Of a DNA stretch of 35,439 nucleotides, positions 20,916-29,866 are shown piece by piece. A program made the position numbers and the translations under genes. The DNA is from a virus. The DNA is taken from UHGV virus genome UHGV-0327679; one strand, written 5' to 3'. Below the pieces are notes generated by a model. It ran no database searches. It had not been told where the DNA came from and saw only the letters and a program-made list of their open reading frames with translations. Each line of letters starts with the position of its first letter. Within the stretch, counting starts at the first letter, position 1.

Positions 20916-20944
20916 AATTTACCCAACTTTATTCAATAAGTCAA
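20916..20944 (-). promoter_or_regulatory. Late promoter PR' (-35 TTGACT, -10 TAAATT) with the adjacent Q-utilisation region
   Basis: Minus-strand TTGACTTATTGAATAAAGTTGGGTAAATTTGACC closely matches the lambda PR' region; 17-nt spacer. Confidence 0.7.
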
Positions 20945-20986
20945 TATCATGCCGTTAATATGTTGCCATCCGTGGCAATCATGCTG

Positions 20987-21610
20987 CTAACGTGTGACCG
21001 CATTCAATATGTTGTCTGCGATTGACTCTTCTTTGTGGCATTGCACCACCAGAGAGTCATACAGCGGCTTAACAGTGCGTGACCAGGTGGGTTGAGTAAG
21101 GTTTGGGATTAGCATCGTTACAGCGCGATATGCGGCGCTTGCTGGCATTCTTGAATAGCCGACACCTTTGCATCTTCCGCATTCTTTCTCAACAACTCTC
21201 CCCCACTGCTCTGTTTTGGCTATATCAACCGCACGGCCTGTACCGTGGCAATCTCTGCATCTTGCGCCCGGCGTCGCGGCACTACGGCAATAATCCGCAT
21301 AAGCGAATGTTGCGAGCACTTGCAGTACCTTTGCCTTAGTATTTCCTTCGAGCTTTGCCACACCACGGTATTTCCCCGATACCTTGTGTGCAAATTGCAT
21401 CAGATAGTTGATAGCCTTTTGTTTGTCGTTCTGGCTGAGTTCATGCTTACCGCAGAATGCAGCCATTCCGAATCCGGCTTGTGATTGTGCCATCCCCATA
21501 GCAGCCATCACATCAGTACCGGAAAGAGAGTCAGACGCCGTGGCCCGTGGTGAGTCACTCATCATCGGGCTTTTTGGCGAATGAAATTTAGCTACACTTT
21601 CGAGTCTCAT
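20987..21610 (-). CDS. Q: Late antiterminator Q (lambda-type)
   Basis: 207 aa MRLESVAKFHSPKSPMMSDSPRATASDSLSGTDVMAAMGMAQSQ, near-identical to lambda Q. Confidence 0.9.
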   Translation of the reverse strand: MRLESVAKFHSPKSPMMSDSPRATASDSLSGTDVMAAMGMAQSQAGFGMAAFCGKHELSQNDKQKAINYLMQFAHKVSGKYRGVAKLEGNTKAKVLQVLATFAYADYCRSAATPGARCRDCHGTGRAVDIAKTEQWGRVVEKECGRCKGVGYSRMPASAAYRAVTMLIPNLTQPTWSRTVKPLYDSLVVQCHKEESIADNILNAVTR

Positions 21611-21795
21611 GGTCTACCCCTCTTGCCCTGTTTGACCATCAGGACGCCGTTAACTATTACGTGACGCTCACCTTTGCTGTCTCGGTTGTACTTGAGCACT
21701 GTTCCTCTTGCGCAGGAAAGCATCCTCGCCACTTCGGTCTGATTGCCTCGTGTCTGGATAAGAAGCTCTGGTATCGTTTGAATTGTGGCGTTCAT
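21607..21795 (-). CDS. ninH: NinH-like DNA-binding protein
   Basis: IPELLIQTRGNQTEVARMLSCARGTVLKYNRDSKGERHVIVNGVLMV resembles lambda NinH. Confidence 0.7.
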   Translation of the reverse strand: MNATIQTIPELLIQTRGNQTEVARMLSCARGTVLKYNRDSKGERHVIVNGVLMVKQGKRGRP

Positions 21796-22154
21796 ACGTT
21801 CTCCAGTTCGGTGATTTTTATTCCAAGCCTTCCGCCTGGTACTTTCACACCACGAATTACGCGAATGTCATCGAATTGCTCGTCGTCTTCCGCAAATCCG
21901 GCGTGGATAAGTGAGTCGAGTAAACCTTTCAGGATGTTGTCGAGGTCGCGGCGGCGGGAGTCTGGAACGTCTGCGATGACTTTGATACGGAGTCGTGATT
22001 TGGTAAAAATGTCTAACTTGAGTTGGCGGATGATTTTCTGAACGTCTTTTCGGTATTTCTGGCCTTTATCGCTTATGTAATATTGGCTTCCCCGTCTTCG
22101 CCAGTAGGTATTCAGCGACGGTGGGTATGGAAGTACAAACTGATATTCGTTCAT
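21792..22154 (-). CDS. rusA: Holliday-junction resolvase RusA
   Basis: 120 aa; motifs LPYPPSLNTYW and DSRRRDLDNILKGLLDSL. Confidence 0.85.
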   Translation of the reverse strand: MNEYQFVLPYPPSLNTYWRRRGSQYYISDKGQKYRKDVQKIIRQLKLDIFTKSRLRIKVIADVPDSRRRDLDNILKGLLDSLIHAGFAEDDEQFDDIRVIRGVKVPGGRLGIKITELENV

Positions 22155-22441
22155 GGCTTAATCTTCCCCTCCTTCAGCAGTATCGCCTGCGTCCTGATCA
22201 CGCCTTCGAGGTGGTAAAGTCTGGCGTCTTTGTTGTCGAGAATCCGGGTGCGTCGGTCGATCTCCGCGTGGCAGTCACTACAAGCCCATGCGCAGATCAG
22301 GTCGTCAGGCTTCATTCCCGTTCCGCAAATTCCAGCCATCCGGTAATGTGCCAGAACTGTAGTTTCAGGATTACCATTGCATACGCCGTAAATACGTACC
22401 TGGCATTCTCTTCCGCGCGCTTCTTTGCGTAGGTTAGCCAT
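22151..22441 (-). CDS. ybcO: YbcO-like (DUF1364) putative nuclease
   Basis: 96 aa Cys-rich ECQVRIYGVCNGNPETTVLAHY ... CSDCHAEIDRR; nin-region synteny. Confidence 0.65.
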   Translation of the reverse strand: MANLRKEARGRECQVRIYGVCNGNPETTVLAHYRMAGICGTGMKPDDLICAWACSDCHAEIDRRTRILDNKDARLYHLEGVIRTQAILLKEGKIKP

Positions 22442-22646
22442 TTACCTTCCCTCGCAATTGAAGAATTGACTGAAGGTCTTTTTTAATAAATATGCGAGTG
22501 CGAATTGAGCAGTAGTTTTCCTTCATTCTGGCGTAGTAATAGTCTTTTCTTTGCTTAAGCTTGTTGGCATCCGCTGTCATCCAGTCTTTTACAGCAAACT
22601 TAATTAACCAGCGGTGGTAGAGATACCATTTCAGGTAATCATTCAT
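22434..22646 (-). CDS. Hypothetical 70-aa nin-region protein
   Basis: Overlapping start/stop arrangement with neighbours; AT-rich. Confidence 0.45.
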   Translation of the reverse strand: MNDYLKWYLYHRWLIKFAVKDWMTADANKLKQRKDYYYARMKENYCSIRTRIFIKKDLQSILQLRGKVNG

Positions 22647-22821
22647 CGTCTTCTTCCTCGTACATTGAGCTATTCGGATCGCTCATCAGTTCTGCACAGC
22701 AGTGCTCACACACGTGAACTTCCAGCACATGCAGCTTCTGACCGCAGTTAGCGCACGTTAAAGCCCGCTCGACGCTTTCTTTCTGGTATTGAATGGATTG
22801 GGATGGGCTAAGCATTAACAA
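22639..22821 (-). CDS. ninF: NinF-like zinc-finger protein
   Basis: [60 protein letters not shown] matches lambda NinF. Confidence 0.8.
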   Translation of the reverse strand: MLMLSPSQSIQYQKESVERALTCANCGQKLHVLEVHVCEHCCAELMSDPNSSMYEEEDDE

Positions 22822-23758
22822 CCTCCATACAAACTTTCACGAATGCCGTTGCTACTTCTGCATTGATTGCGTTTCCATATCCAATAATTCGCTGATCTTG
22901 ATTGCGCTTTGCCATTCTTCCCAGTGTGGACTTGCCTCGTCCCAAGCTTTTGGCAATGCCATTAACCATCGGGAATGAGCCGGGTCTAACTGGACGATAT
23001 TTTTCATCTCTACAGTAAAGCCAGTCTGCATCTCTCCAGAAGCCGTTAACCGGTAATGGGTACATAGCTTCACCGTCCCGGGAAGTTTCAAGCAGATTCT
23101 TGGGGTTCCGCTCTTGTCTTTTCCGCTGTAGCAATGCGTTGAACCTGTTGCATCGTTCGCTAAAGGAGTTTGCCATCCCGCTAGTCTCACGCATCCAGAT
23201 AGGTTCTGAATTCCCCTGCGCGTCTCTGGCTGAAAGTTGATATTTGTCGTTGGAGTAGGCCACCCAATACAATCGCTGCCTAATGTGCGGAGAACCGAAG
23301 CCCGCAGCGCAAATATCGGTACCTGCAGAGGTGTAGTTCGCACCTTCCAAGTCAGTTTGTACAAGGTCGAGCCAAGCGAGGCCGTCTGCGCTTGCAACCT
23401 GTTCGCCAATAACGATGCCAGGATTGCATTTTTCAATAAGCCAGAAGAATGCCGGCCATAAGTGCCGCTCGTCATCAACCCCTTTTCCTTTGCCTGCCGA
23501 GCTGAAAGGTTGGCATGGGCAACTTCCTGTCCAGATACTCTTGTTGTCTGGCCATCCTGCTTTTCTAAGTGCATAGCTCCAAACTCCGATTCCTGCAAAA
23601 AAGTGGTGCTGGGTAAATCCTCGCAAATCACCTGGTGTGACATCTTCAATACTCCTTTCATCTACATAACCGGGGGCAATTTCTCCAGCGTCAATTAAGT
23701 TACGCAGCCATTGCGCTGCATACGGATCTATTTCGTTGTAATACGCAGTCATCGTCAT
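22808..23758 (-). CDS. Orphan DNA (cytosine-5) methyltransferase
   Basis: Ordered C5-MTase motifs: [37 protein letters not shown]; no adjacent restriction endonuclease; start taken at the ATG overlapping the ninD stop. Confidence 0.75.
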   Translation of the reverse strand: MTMTAYYNEIDPYAAQWLRNLIDAGEIAPGYVDERSIEDVTPGDLRGFTQHHFFAGIGVWSYALRKAGWPDNKSIWTGSCPCQPFSSAGKGKGVDDERHLWPAFFWLIEKCNPGIVIGEQVASADGLAWLDLVQTDLEGANYTSAGTDICAAGFGSPHIRQRLYWVAYSNDKYQLSARDAQGNSEPIWMRETSGMANSFSERCNRFNALLQRKRQERNPKNLLETSRDGEAMYPLPVNGFWRDADWLYCRDEKYRPVRPGSFPMVNGIAKSLGRGKSTLGRMAKRNQDQRIIGYGNAINAEVATAFVKVCMEVVNA

Positions 23759-23931
23759 TTCCTCGCACGATGTCTTAGCCACCGGATATCCCACAGGTGA
23801 GCCGTGTAGTTGAAGGTTTTTACGTCAGATTCTTTTGGGATTGGCTTGCGTTTATTTCTGGAGCGTTTCGTTGGAAGGTATTTGCAGTTTTCGCAGATGA
23901 TGTCGGTGAAACTTCGTCGCTGTCGTCTCAT
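23755..23931 (-). CDS. ninD: NinD-like small zinc-binding protein (58 aa; absent from the ORF track as it is under 60 aa)
   Basis: Translated by hand: [62 protein letters not shown] overlaps with ninB stop and with the MTase start. Confidence 0.6.
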   Translation of the reverse strand: MRRQRRSFTDIICENCKYLPTKRSRNKRKPIPKESDVKTFNYTAHLWDIRWLRHRARK

Positions 23932-24338
23932 TCGTACCTCCTGTCGGTAAATCTGACACCCTGACCAATAGCCCAGGCTGTTGTGTACTCAATCAGACTT
24001 GCCATACGCTTCACACTCATCTGCGCGCTGCTTTCGCGGATGTTGACGTATTCGCCTTCAAGCCCGGGCAAAACATCAGCTTCCTGCTTTGTTGCCACTG
24101 CATGACCGCTGATCAACAAAACCTTCCATTGTTCTGGTTTTAACCATTTATCGCGCCACTGAACTTGCCTGGCGATATCTGCGACCATCGCGTGAAATTT
24201 TGCGTTCTGGTCAAGATTTCGCTTGTAGTCAGTAATGCGGATGGTGACTGGCTTGTCTTTATCGAGTGGTGTTGCGAGGATGGCGTTGATTGCGGCTTGC
24301 TGTTGTTGCTTACTCCTGAGGAAAATTGTCTGTTTCAT
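23928..24338 (-). CDS. ninB: NinB (Orf-family recombination mediator)
   Basis: 136 aa with [22 protein letters not shown], resembling lambda NinB. Confidence 0.8.
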   Translation of the reverse strand: MKQTIFLRSKQQQQAAINAILATPLDKDKPVTIRITDYKRNLDQNAKFHAMVADIARQVQWRDKWLKPEQWKVLLISGHAVATKQEADVLPGLEGEYVNIRESSAQMSVKRMASLIEYTTAWAIGQGVRFTDRRYE

Positions 24339-24346
24339 GGAATTCC

Positions 24347-24559
24347 TCAGTATGCGTAAAGGCTGTATCCATTTTTATTTGTCCTGGTGCCATAGCCATA
24401 TAGGCTCCAGCCATCCTGTTTTCTCTCACCAAAAATATGCTTGCGGTATTCTTCCTGCTGGCGTCTCCATATTTCCATCATGTCTGGCTGGTTCTTTTCT
24501 CGCATTTTTCGGATCTGCTCAAGGATGAACTCTATTTGCTGCTGATTTGTCATGCTCAC
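24347..24559 (-). CDS. Hypothetical 70-aa protein
   Basis: Complete ORF in the nin region. Confidence 0.4.
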   Translation of the reverse strand: MSMTNQQQIEFILEQIRKMREKNQPDMMEIWRRQQEEYRKHIFGERKQDGWSLYGYGTRTNKNGYSLYAY

Positions 24560-24563
24560 TCCT

Positions 24564-24779
24564 TCACTTTAAATCCAGGTTCCGGATAATTCTGTCACAC
24601 TGAAAATCAGTATCGATTTTAACCAACCGGCGAAGAACGCGGTCACGCGGATAGCTCCGTGGCTTAGGGGCGTTTTTCTGTCTCTCGCCAGTCGGAAGTC
24701 TGGAAGCAGACCAGTACCGCTTTGCACGACCAATGTTCTCCTGAAAGTCGGCGCGGACAAGCTCAGCTATCGTACTCAT
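24564..24779 (-). CDS. Hypothetical 71-aa basic protein
   Basis: GGAGG Shine-Dalgarno 9 nt upstream of ATG 24779. Confidence 0.5.
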   Translation of the reverse strand: MSTIAELVRADFQENIGRAKRYWSASRLPTGERQKNAPKPRSYPRDRVLRRLVKIDTDFQCDRIIRNLDLK

Positions 24780-24805
24780 TTCTTAAAGCCTCCAATTACT
24801 CTCCC

Positions 24806-24838
24806 CCAAATAAAAAGGCCTGCGATTACCAGCAGGCC
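24806..24838 (-). terminator. tR2-like terminator between the replication genes and the nin region
   Basis: Minus-strand stem GGCCTGC/GCAGGCC (24817-24838) followed by TTTTTATTT. Confidence 0.6.
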
Positions 24839-24864
24839 TGTTATTAGCTCAGTGATGTAGATGG

Positions 24865-26241
24865 TCATACGTCAGCCCCTTGTGCATATCGTCTGCCACG
24901 CGCAGCAGGTGCATTTGATGCTGTGCAAATCTGTCTGGCTTCATCCTGGTCACATGCAACAAAGTGTCCGTTGCAGAACCGCTGGTAAACCGTACCAAGT
25001 GAGCCAAAACGGTTTTTCGTCACAATGATTTCAGCAAATGGCGCGGCGCTACTGTTCTCGTCATATACAGCTTCCCGATAGAGCATGATGATTGAGTCTG
25101 CGTCCTGTTCAATGCTTCCTGAATCACGCAAATCTGCGTTTGTCGGGCGTTTGTTTGGTCGCTTCTCAACATCGCGCGAAAGCTGACTCAGGGAGATAAC
25201 AGGCGTTTTCAGGTCTTTCGCCATCGCCTTCAGGCTTCCGGAGATGTGAGCAATTGCGAGGTCGTTGCGATCTGCTTTCGGCTTCTCAATCAGGCCAAGA
25301 TAATCCACCATGATGAGTGACAGGTTTGGATTTTCCTGTTTGTGCCGTTCTGCGATTGAGCGTATTTCTTCGACCGATAACCGCGAGGCATCGACTACCC
25401 ATACATCCAAATCTGCAAGCTGACTCATGCCGTTAGCAACGCGCGCCCAGCCTTCGTCATCCATCGATGCAGGATTTCGCAGCACACTAACCGACATCCT
25501 CCCGGCGTTGGCAATACTTCGCTCTGCAATCTGCAATGCGCTCATTTCCATTGAGAAAATCAACACTCCGCGCCGGACGTCAGAACCAGGAATAACGCGG
25601 CTTGCAACGCCTTCGGCAATCTTCAGCGCCAGTTCGGTTTTACCCATACCGGGACGAGCGGCGATAATCACCAGGTCTTCTGCGTTCATCCCTCCGGTGA
25701 TGGCGTCAAGTTCGTCGATTCCGGTCTTCAGGGTATCTGACTCTTCTCCGTTCCTCAGACGCCTGTCAAGCGTGTCAGTGTAGTCAGTGATGATTTCCCC
25801 TAACCGTACCGGTTTAACCTCGTCACGGGGCTTTCTGATGGCTGAAAGACGCTTTACAAGTTCATCCATCGCCTGACTCGATGCGTCGATGGTTCCGCTC
25901 TGAATTGGTTCACGCATTTCATCCATGATTTCCAGCACCAGACGGCGGTGATAGTTATCCGCGACCATTCCGGCATATCCCTTCAGGTTTGCGGCACTCG
26001 GGCAGTTTTTGCTGGTCATCAGGATTGACGTGAAATGCTCCTCTCCGCACGCCTCGGCAACCATCAGCGCGTCGATTAAATTTCTGTTTCGCGCCTGCTT
26101 GCGGATAACCTCGAAGGCTTTCCGGTAGAGCGGAATTGAAAACGCTTCCGGCTCCAGCGTTGCCAGAACGTCGCTGGCGGTTGGAGTTAATCCACCAATC
26201 AGCAGGCCACCGATAACGCTCGCTTCGATATCCTGTCTCAT
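24865..26241 (-). CDS. Replicative DNA helicase (DnaB-like, P22 gene 12 type)
   Basis: 458 aa; Walker A GMGKT; DnaB C-terminal domain motifs. Confidence 0.85.
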   Translation of the reverse strand: MRQDIEASVIGGLLIGGLTPTASDVLATLEPEAFSIPLYRKAFEVIRKQARNRNLIDALMVAEACGEEHFTSILMTSKNCPSAANLKGYAGMVADNYHRRLVLEIMDEMREPIQSGTIDASSQAMDELVKRLSAIRKPRDEVKPVRLGEIITDYTDTLDRRLRNGEESDTLKTGIDELDAITGGMNAEDLVIIAARPGMGKTELALKIAEGVASRVIPGSDVRRGVLIFSMEMSALQIAERSIANAGRMSVSVLRNPASMDDEGWARVANGMSQLADLDVWVVDASRLSVEEIRSIAERHKQENPNLSLIMVDYLGLIEKPKADRNDLAIAHISGSLKAMAKDLKTPVISLSQLSRDVEKRPNKRPTNADLRDSGSIEQDADSIIMLYREAVYDENSSAAPFAEIIVTKNRFGSLGTVYQRFCNGHFVACDQDEARQICTASNAPAARGRRYAQGADV

Positions 26242-27185
26242 GCAATCCCCCTGTCTGCAAACTTCCCTTCCCGTACTCCCGTTAACGAATCTTCCCTCAA
26301 CAGGTAATCAAAATCAGCCGTCCAGCCCGTGTCGTTGTCTCCGAAGTAAAACGGCTTGGCCTGATGCACAAACGCCCTGACATACGCTCTGAAACCGTCC
26401 ACGTTTGGCGTTTTCAGTTGCGGGATGATTTTCTTCAGGCGGCGTTTGCGTTTCTCGTTGACTGCAACAGCATGTGGAAGTCTGTCACCGACTTCGGTGT
26501 TGTAGGCGTTCAGGAAGGATTCGTAGTCGATTCGTTCTGCCTTGCGACGTTCAGGTTTAACCTGCCCATCGCCGCCCCCATTGGGGGGTAGGGGGGTATT
26601 ATTTATATTCTTGTTAATACCTTCTTGTTCATGATGTGCGGTTGTTTGTGCGGCTTCATGTGCGCTTTCATGTGCGGAATGTGCGCTGAAAGCTGCGCCA
26701 TTACTGGCTTCGTCATGTGCGGCATCATGTGCGGTTGTTTGTGCGGCATCATGTGCGGGTAAATTGTCCATTTTTTGAGCATATTCATGGTAATTTGTGA
26801 TGGTGATCACACGACCTTTTTGCTTCTCTCCATCAATGGAGATCATCCCTTCTTTCACAAAAACCTGAAGCATCCGCTCAACCTGATCACGGCTTGCTGG
26901 CTTGCCATGTCTGTCGCATAACTGAAGACCTAAATCAGCTGCTGTCACAACCAGTTGACCGGGTTGCAGATGCCATTCATGACCTTTGAAATTCGCTTTG
27001 TATGGCTTTCTGGCGGCATTCAGGAGAAGGTTTTCCCACAGGGTGCGAAGATAAACATCTTTCGCCCATGACTGTTTCAGAATGCTCCGGTACAACGGAA
27101 TGTAACCAGTTTTCTGGTTCTCCATCCTGTTGCTCCTGCGCTCGTGTGCGGCGCTGAAATCGTAGATTTTTGCTGTATTGCTCAT
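26238..27185 (-). CDS. O: Replication initiator O-like protein
   Basis: N-terminus [10 protein letters not shown] resembles lambda O (MTNTAKILNF); His/Ala repeat linker encoded by the iterons. Confidence 0.8.
   Translation of the reverse strand: MSNTAKIYDFSAAHERRSNRMENQKTGYIPLYRSILKQSWAKDVYLRTLWENLLLNAARKPYKANFKGHEWHLQPGQLVVTAADLGLQLCDRHGKPASRDQVERMLQVFVKEGMISIDGEKQKGRVITITNYHEYAQKMDNLPAHDAAQTTAHDAAHDEASNGAAFSAHSAHESAHEAAQTTAHHEQEGINKNINNTPLPPNGGGDGQVKPERRKAERIDYESFLNAYNTEVGDRLPHAVAVNEKRKRRLKKIIPQLKTPNVDGFRAYVRAFVHQAKPFYFGDNDTGWTADFDYLLREDSLTGVREGKFADRGIA
26629..26759. repeat. Probable origin iterons: about 8 tandem copies of a roughly 12-bp unit (tcATGTGCGGc) inside the O gene
   Basis: Repeated CATGTGCGG read directly; adjacent G-rich then AT-rich stretch 26575-26625; same arrangement as ori-lambda within O. 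Confidence 0.6.
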
Positions 27186-27187
27186 AA

Positions 27188-27460
27188 CTACCTGCCTTGA
27201 CGAAAGACCTTAAGAACATCGTTAAACTGACTTACGGATATGTCTTCTTTGAGAAGCTTTTCCAGAAATGCGTTTGGAATGAACGTATATCCCTCCTCTT
27301 TTGGTAGAGACGGGAGCAACGCCATCGCCTCAGCCTTCAGAAGCTCAGTTCTGGCAACTTTCACAAAAGAGATTTGAGTTCTTTCATCAATGGAACGAAG
27401 GAAGCGCAAACGCTTAGCTTCTTTGTGTGTATCAGGTGGATTAAAGCCTTTGTTTCGCAT
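27188..27460 (-). CDS. Hypothetical 90-aa protein inserted between cII and O
   Basis: ATG 27460 with GAGG Shine-Dalgarno; lambda has no gene at this junction. Confidence 0.5.
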   Translation of the reverse strand: MRNKGFNPPDTHKEAKRLRFLRSIDERTQISFVKVARTELLKAEAMALLPSLPKEEGYTFIPNAFLEKLLKEDISVSQFNDVLKVFRQGR

Positions 27461-27535
27461 ATAATTACCTCGTTGGATGTTGTTAAAATTCCATTTGTAT
27501 TTGATCAGAACGCTCGGTTGCCGCCGGGCGTTTTT
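27460..27535 (+). ncRNA. oop: oop-like antisense RNA with its terminator
   Basis: 3' portion TTCAGAACGCTCGGTTGCCGCCGGGCGTTTTTTATT matches lambda oop and its terminator; 5' end uncertain. Confidence 0.5.
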
Positions 27536-27776
27536 TATTGGTGAGAATCGAAGCAACTTGTCGTGCCAATCGAGCCATGTCGTCGTCAACGACGCCCCAT
27601 TCAAGAACAGCAAGCAGCATTGAGAACTTTGGAATCCAGTCCCTCTTCCACCTGCTGATCTGCGACTTATCAACTCCCACAGCTTCCGCTGTCTTCTCAG
27701 TTCCAAGCATTGCGATTTTGTTAAGCAACGCACTCTCGATTCTTAGAGCCTCGTTGCGTTTGTTTGCACGAACCAT
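27483..27776 (-). CDS. cII: Transcriptional activator CII
   Basis: MVRANKRNEALRIESALLNKIAMLGTEKTAEAVGVDKSQISRWKRDWIPKF, near-identical to lambda CII; lambda-type Shine-Dalgarno TAAGGAAATACTTACAT. Confidence 0.9.
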   Translation of the reverse strand: MVRANKRNEALRIESALLNKIAMLGTEKTAEAVGVDKSQISRWKRDWIPKFSMLLAVLEWGVVDDDMARLARQVASILTNKKRPAATERSDQIQMEF

Positions 27777-27855
27777 ATGTAAGTATTTCCTTAGATAACA
27801 ATTGATTGAATGTATGCAAATAAATGCATACACCATAGGTGTGGTTTAATTTGAT

Positions 27856-27887
27856 GCCCTTTTTCAGGGCTGTGATGTGTAAGAGCG
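27856..27887 (-). promoter_or_regulatory. nutR (boxA CGCTCTTAC, boxB GCCCTGAAAAAGGGC)
   Basis: Minus strand reads CGCTCTTACACATCACAGCCCTGAAAAAGGGC, matching lambda nutR. Confidence 0.8.
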
Positions 27888-27895
27888 AGAATGTC

Positions 27896-28111
27896 TTAAG
27901 CGGCTTTGTGTTCCGGCGGGAACACGTCATCAAGACTGACTTTTGCGCCTAACTTGTTTAGGCACTCAACAAGAGCACGGCATGTTTTAAGGTCTGGGAA
28001 GCGACGACCAGATTCCCAATGTCCGATAGCTCCCTGTGTGCATCCAACTGCCTTAGCAAGTGTTGTTTGAGAGATATTCAGTGACTCTCGATATTTTCGT
28101 AGGTTGCTCAT
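27896..28111 (-). CDS. cro: Cro-like HTH repressor (not lambda Cro)
   Basis: 71 aa MSNLRKYRESLNISQTTLAKAVGCTQGAIGHWESGRRFPDL; GGAGG upstream; divergent from cI. Confidence 0.75.
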   Translation of the reverse strand: MSNLRKYRESLNISQTTLAKAVGCTQGAIGHWESGRRFPDLKTCRALVECLNKLGAKVSLDDVFPPEHKAA

Positions 28112-28223
28112 ATGCCCTCCATAGTAACCATGAAACAATAATACGATATGTACTTTTAGAATGCAAACAAAAAAATACATCTTGTGCATGGATGGTTTTA
28201 GTACAGAGCGTAATAATAATGGT
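28112..28223. promoter_or_regulatory. OR region with divergent PR/PRM; candidate operators at 28140-28154 and 28200-28214
   Basis: Related palindromes AATACGATATGTACT and AGTACAGAGCGTAAT; a third copy, AGTACAAATCGTACT, sits in PL. Confidence 0.45.
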
Positions 28224-28883
28224 ATGAAAATGAAATGGTATGAACTGGCTAGATCCAGAATGAAAGAGCTCGGCATAACTCAAGAGAGGTTAGCTGAAGA
28301 GCTTGGTATGACGCAGGGTGGAATTGGTCACTGGTTGCGCGGATCTCGTCATCCATCTCTTGACGAGATTGGTGTGGTGTTTAAATACCTTGGTATTGAT
28401 AACGTCTCATTCAACCACGACGGTACATTTTCACCTGTTGGCGAATACTCTCTGCCCCCGTTAAAAAAACAATATGAGTACCCTGTTTTTTCTCATGTTC
28501 AGGCCGGGATGTTCTCGCCTGAGCTTAGAACCTTTACCAAAGGTGATGCGGAGAGATGGGTCAGCACAACCAAAAAAGCCAGTGATTGTGCGTTCTGGCT
28601 TGAAGTTGAAGGTAATTCCATGACCGCGCCAACAGGATCCAAGCCAAGCTTTCCTGACGGGATGTTAATTCTCGTTGACCCTGAGCAGGCTGTTGAGCCA
28701 GGTGATTTCTGCATAGCCAGACTTGGTGGTGACGAGTTTACCTTCAAGAAACTGATCAGGGATAGCGGTCAGGTGTTCCTACAGCCACTAAACCCGCAAT
28801 ATCCAATGATTCCATGCAATGATAGCTGTTCCGTAGTAGGGAAAGTTATCGCCAGCCAGTGGCCTGAAGAGACATTTAGTTAA
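28224..28883 (+). CDS. cI: CI repressor, hybrid: novel N-terminal HTH domain fused to a lambda-type C-terminal LexA-like (S24) domain
   Basis: C-terminal [37 protein letters not shown]...[25 protein letters not shown] matches lambda CI; N-terminal [26 protein letters not shown] resembles the cro HTH; start 28224 or 28230. Confidence 0.8.
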   Translation: MKMKWYELARSRMKELGITQERLAEELGMTQGGIGHWLRGSRHPSLDEIGVVFKYLGIDNVSFNHDGTFSPVGEYSLPPLKKQYEYPVFSHVQAGMFSPELRTFTKGDAERWVSTTKKASDCAFWLEVEGNSMTAPTGSKPSFPDGMLILVDPEQAVEPGDFCIARLGGDEFTFKKLIRDSGQVFLQPLNPQYPMIPCNDSCSVVGKVIASQWPEETFS

Positions 28884-28914
28884 CAGCCTCACAACTCTAA
28901 AATACACAACAATA

Positions 28915-28943
28915 ACCCGACCTTAGCGTCGGGTTTTCTTTTT
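28915..28943 (+). terminator. Terminator downstream of cI (no rexAB present)
   Basis: Stem CCCGAC/GTCGGG with a 6-nt loop, followed by TTTTCTTTTT. Confidence 0.6.
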
Positions 28944-29008
28944 CCAAAATATAAACCCATTAAATACAAAGCGTTATAAAAAACTAATTATATTTAGAAC
29001 ATTTTGTA

Positions 29009-29037
29009 TTGACTCAATAAAGTACAAATCGTACTAT
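29009..29037 (+). promoter_or_regulatory. PL promoter (-35 TTGACT, -10 TACTAT) with overlapping operator
   Basis: 17-nt spacer; palindrome AGTACAAATCGTACT at 29021-29035. Confidence 0.55.
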
Positions 29038-29077
29038 TTAGCCATCAGCAGGACGCACTAACCACCATGAAGGTGAG

Positions 29078-29106
29078 GCTCTTAAAAATTAAGCCCTGAA
29101 GAAGGG
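29078..29106 (+). promoter_or_regulatory. nutL (boxA GCTCTTAAA, boxB GCCCTGAAGAAGGGC)
   Basis: GGCTCTTAAAAATTAAGCCCTGAAGAAGGGC matches lambda nutL. Confidence 0.8.
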
Positions 29107-29290
29107 CGGCATTCAAAGCAGAAAGCTTTGGGGTGTGGTGAAGCTCAACGGCGAGCTAGGGAATAGTTTTGCGGTGAAGATTCTAGACAACTAACCGCAG
29201 GATGCGCGTAACCCAATCGGCAGCGCACCGATGGAAGCTGGTTCGACTCCAGCCACCACACCACCAAAGCTAACTGACAGGAGAATCCAG

Positions 29291-29617
29291 ATGGATGCAC
29301 AAACACGCCGCCGCGAACGTCGCGCAGAGAAACAGGCTCAATGGAAAGCAGCAAATCCCCTGTTGGTTGGGGTAAACGCAAAACCAGTTAACCGCCCTAT
29401 TCTCTCGCTGAATCGCAAACCGAAATCACGAGTAGAAAGCGCACTGAATCCGATAGACCTTACGGTGCTGGCTGAATACCACGAACAGATTGAAAGCAAC
29501 CTGCAACGTATTGAGCGCAAGAATCAGCGCACATGGTACAGCAAGCCACGCAGTGAAATGGGTGTGACTTGTGTTGGTCGCCAGAAAATGAAATTAGGCA
29601 GCAAACCACTTATTTGA
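29291..29617 (+). CDS. N: Antiterminator N
   Basis: MDAQTRRRERRAEKQAQWKAANPLLVGVNAKPVNRPILSLNRKPKSRVESALNPIDL, near-identical to lambda N. Confidence 0.9.
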   Translation: MDAQTRRRERRAEKQAQWKAANPLLVGVNAKPVNRPILSLNRKPKSRVESALNPIDLTVLAEYHEQIESNLQRIERKNQRTWYSKPRSEMGVTCVGRQKMKLGSKPLI

Positions 29618-29625
29618 GGTGATAT

Positions 29626-29814
29626 ATGGAACGTAAATTTGAAATTTGGTTGGATTCCGGCGCAAACATTCATTCTTGCAAAAAGACAGTTGTAACACTC
29701 GATGATCTTGGCTTATCCGAGAATGAGTGGAATGAAATGGATCAGGACGAAAAAGACGAAAACATGCGTGATGTAGCATTTGAAACGCTTGATTGGGGAT
29801 GGAAGGAAATTTAA
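29626..29814 (+). CDS. Hypothetical acidic 62-aa protein
   Basis: GAGGTGATAT Shine-Dalgarno before ATG; AT-rich; in the lambda ral/sieB position. Confidence 0.55.
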   Translation: MERKFEIWLDSGANIHSCKKTVVTLDDLGLSENEWNEMDQDEKDENMRDVAFETLDWGWKEI

Positions 29815-29818
29815 GTGA

Positions 29819-29845
29819 TGGCCGCATAGTCGGCCTTTATTTTTG
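29819..29845 (+). terminator. tL1-like terminator
   Basis: Stem GGCCG/CGGCC followed by TTTATTTTT. Confidence 0.5.
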
Positions 29846-29866
29846 GCATAAACAACAGAGGCTAAC

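Noticed and set aside
22852-23661. 269-aa ORF overlapping the methyltransferase on the same strand in another frame
   Set aside because: Fully embedded in a gene with clear ordered methyltransferase motifs and has no recognisable features.
26603-26788. His-rich 61-aa ORF and repeat block that could be mistaken for a CRISPR-like array
   Set aside because: The repeats are about 12 bp, contiguous and lie inside the O coding frame; the ORF is an alternate-frame artefact of the iterons.
27188-27733. 181-aa ORF from the six-frame track
   Set aside because: Its N-terminal half overlaps cII in another frame; only the 3' 90 codons, with their own Shine-Dalgarno and ATG at 27460, look like a real gene.
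29132-29263. Possible tRNA gene (GGTTCGACTCC T-loop, acceptor-like stem, ACCA)
   Set aside because: The span is about 130 nt, too long for a tRNA, with no convincing anticodon arm; the closing stem corresponds to the lambda N-leader hairpin.
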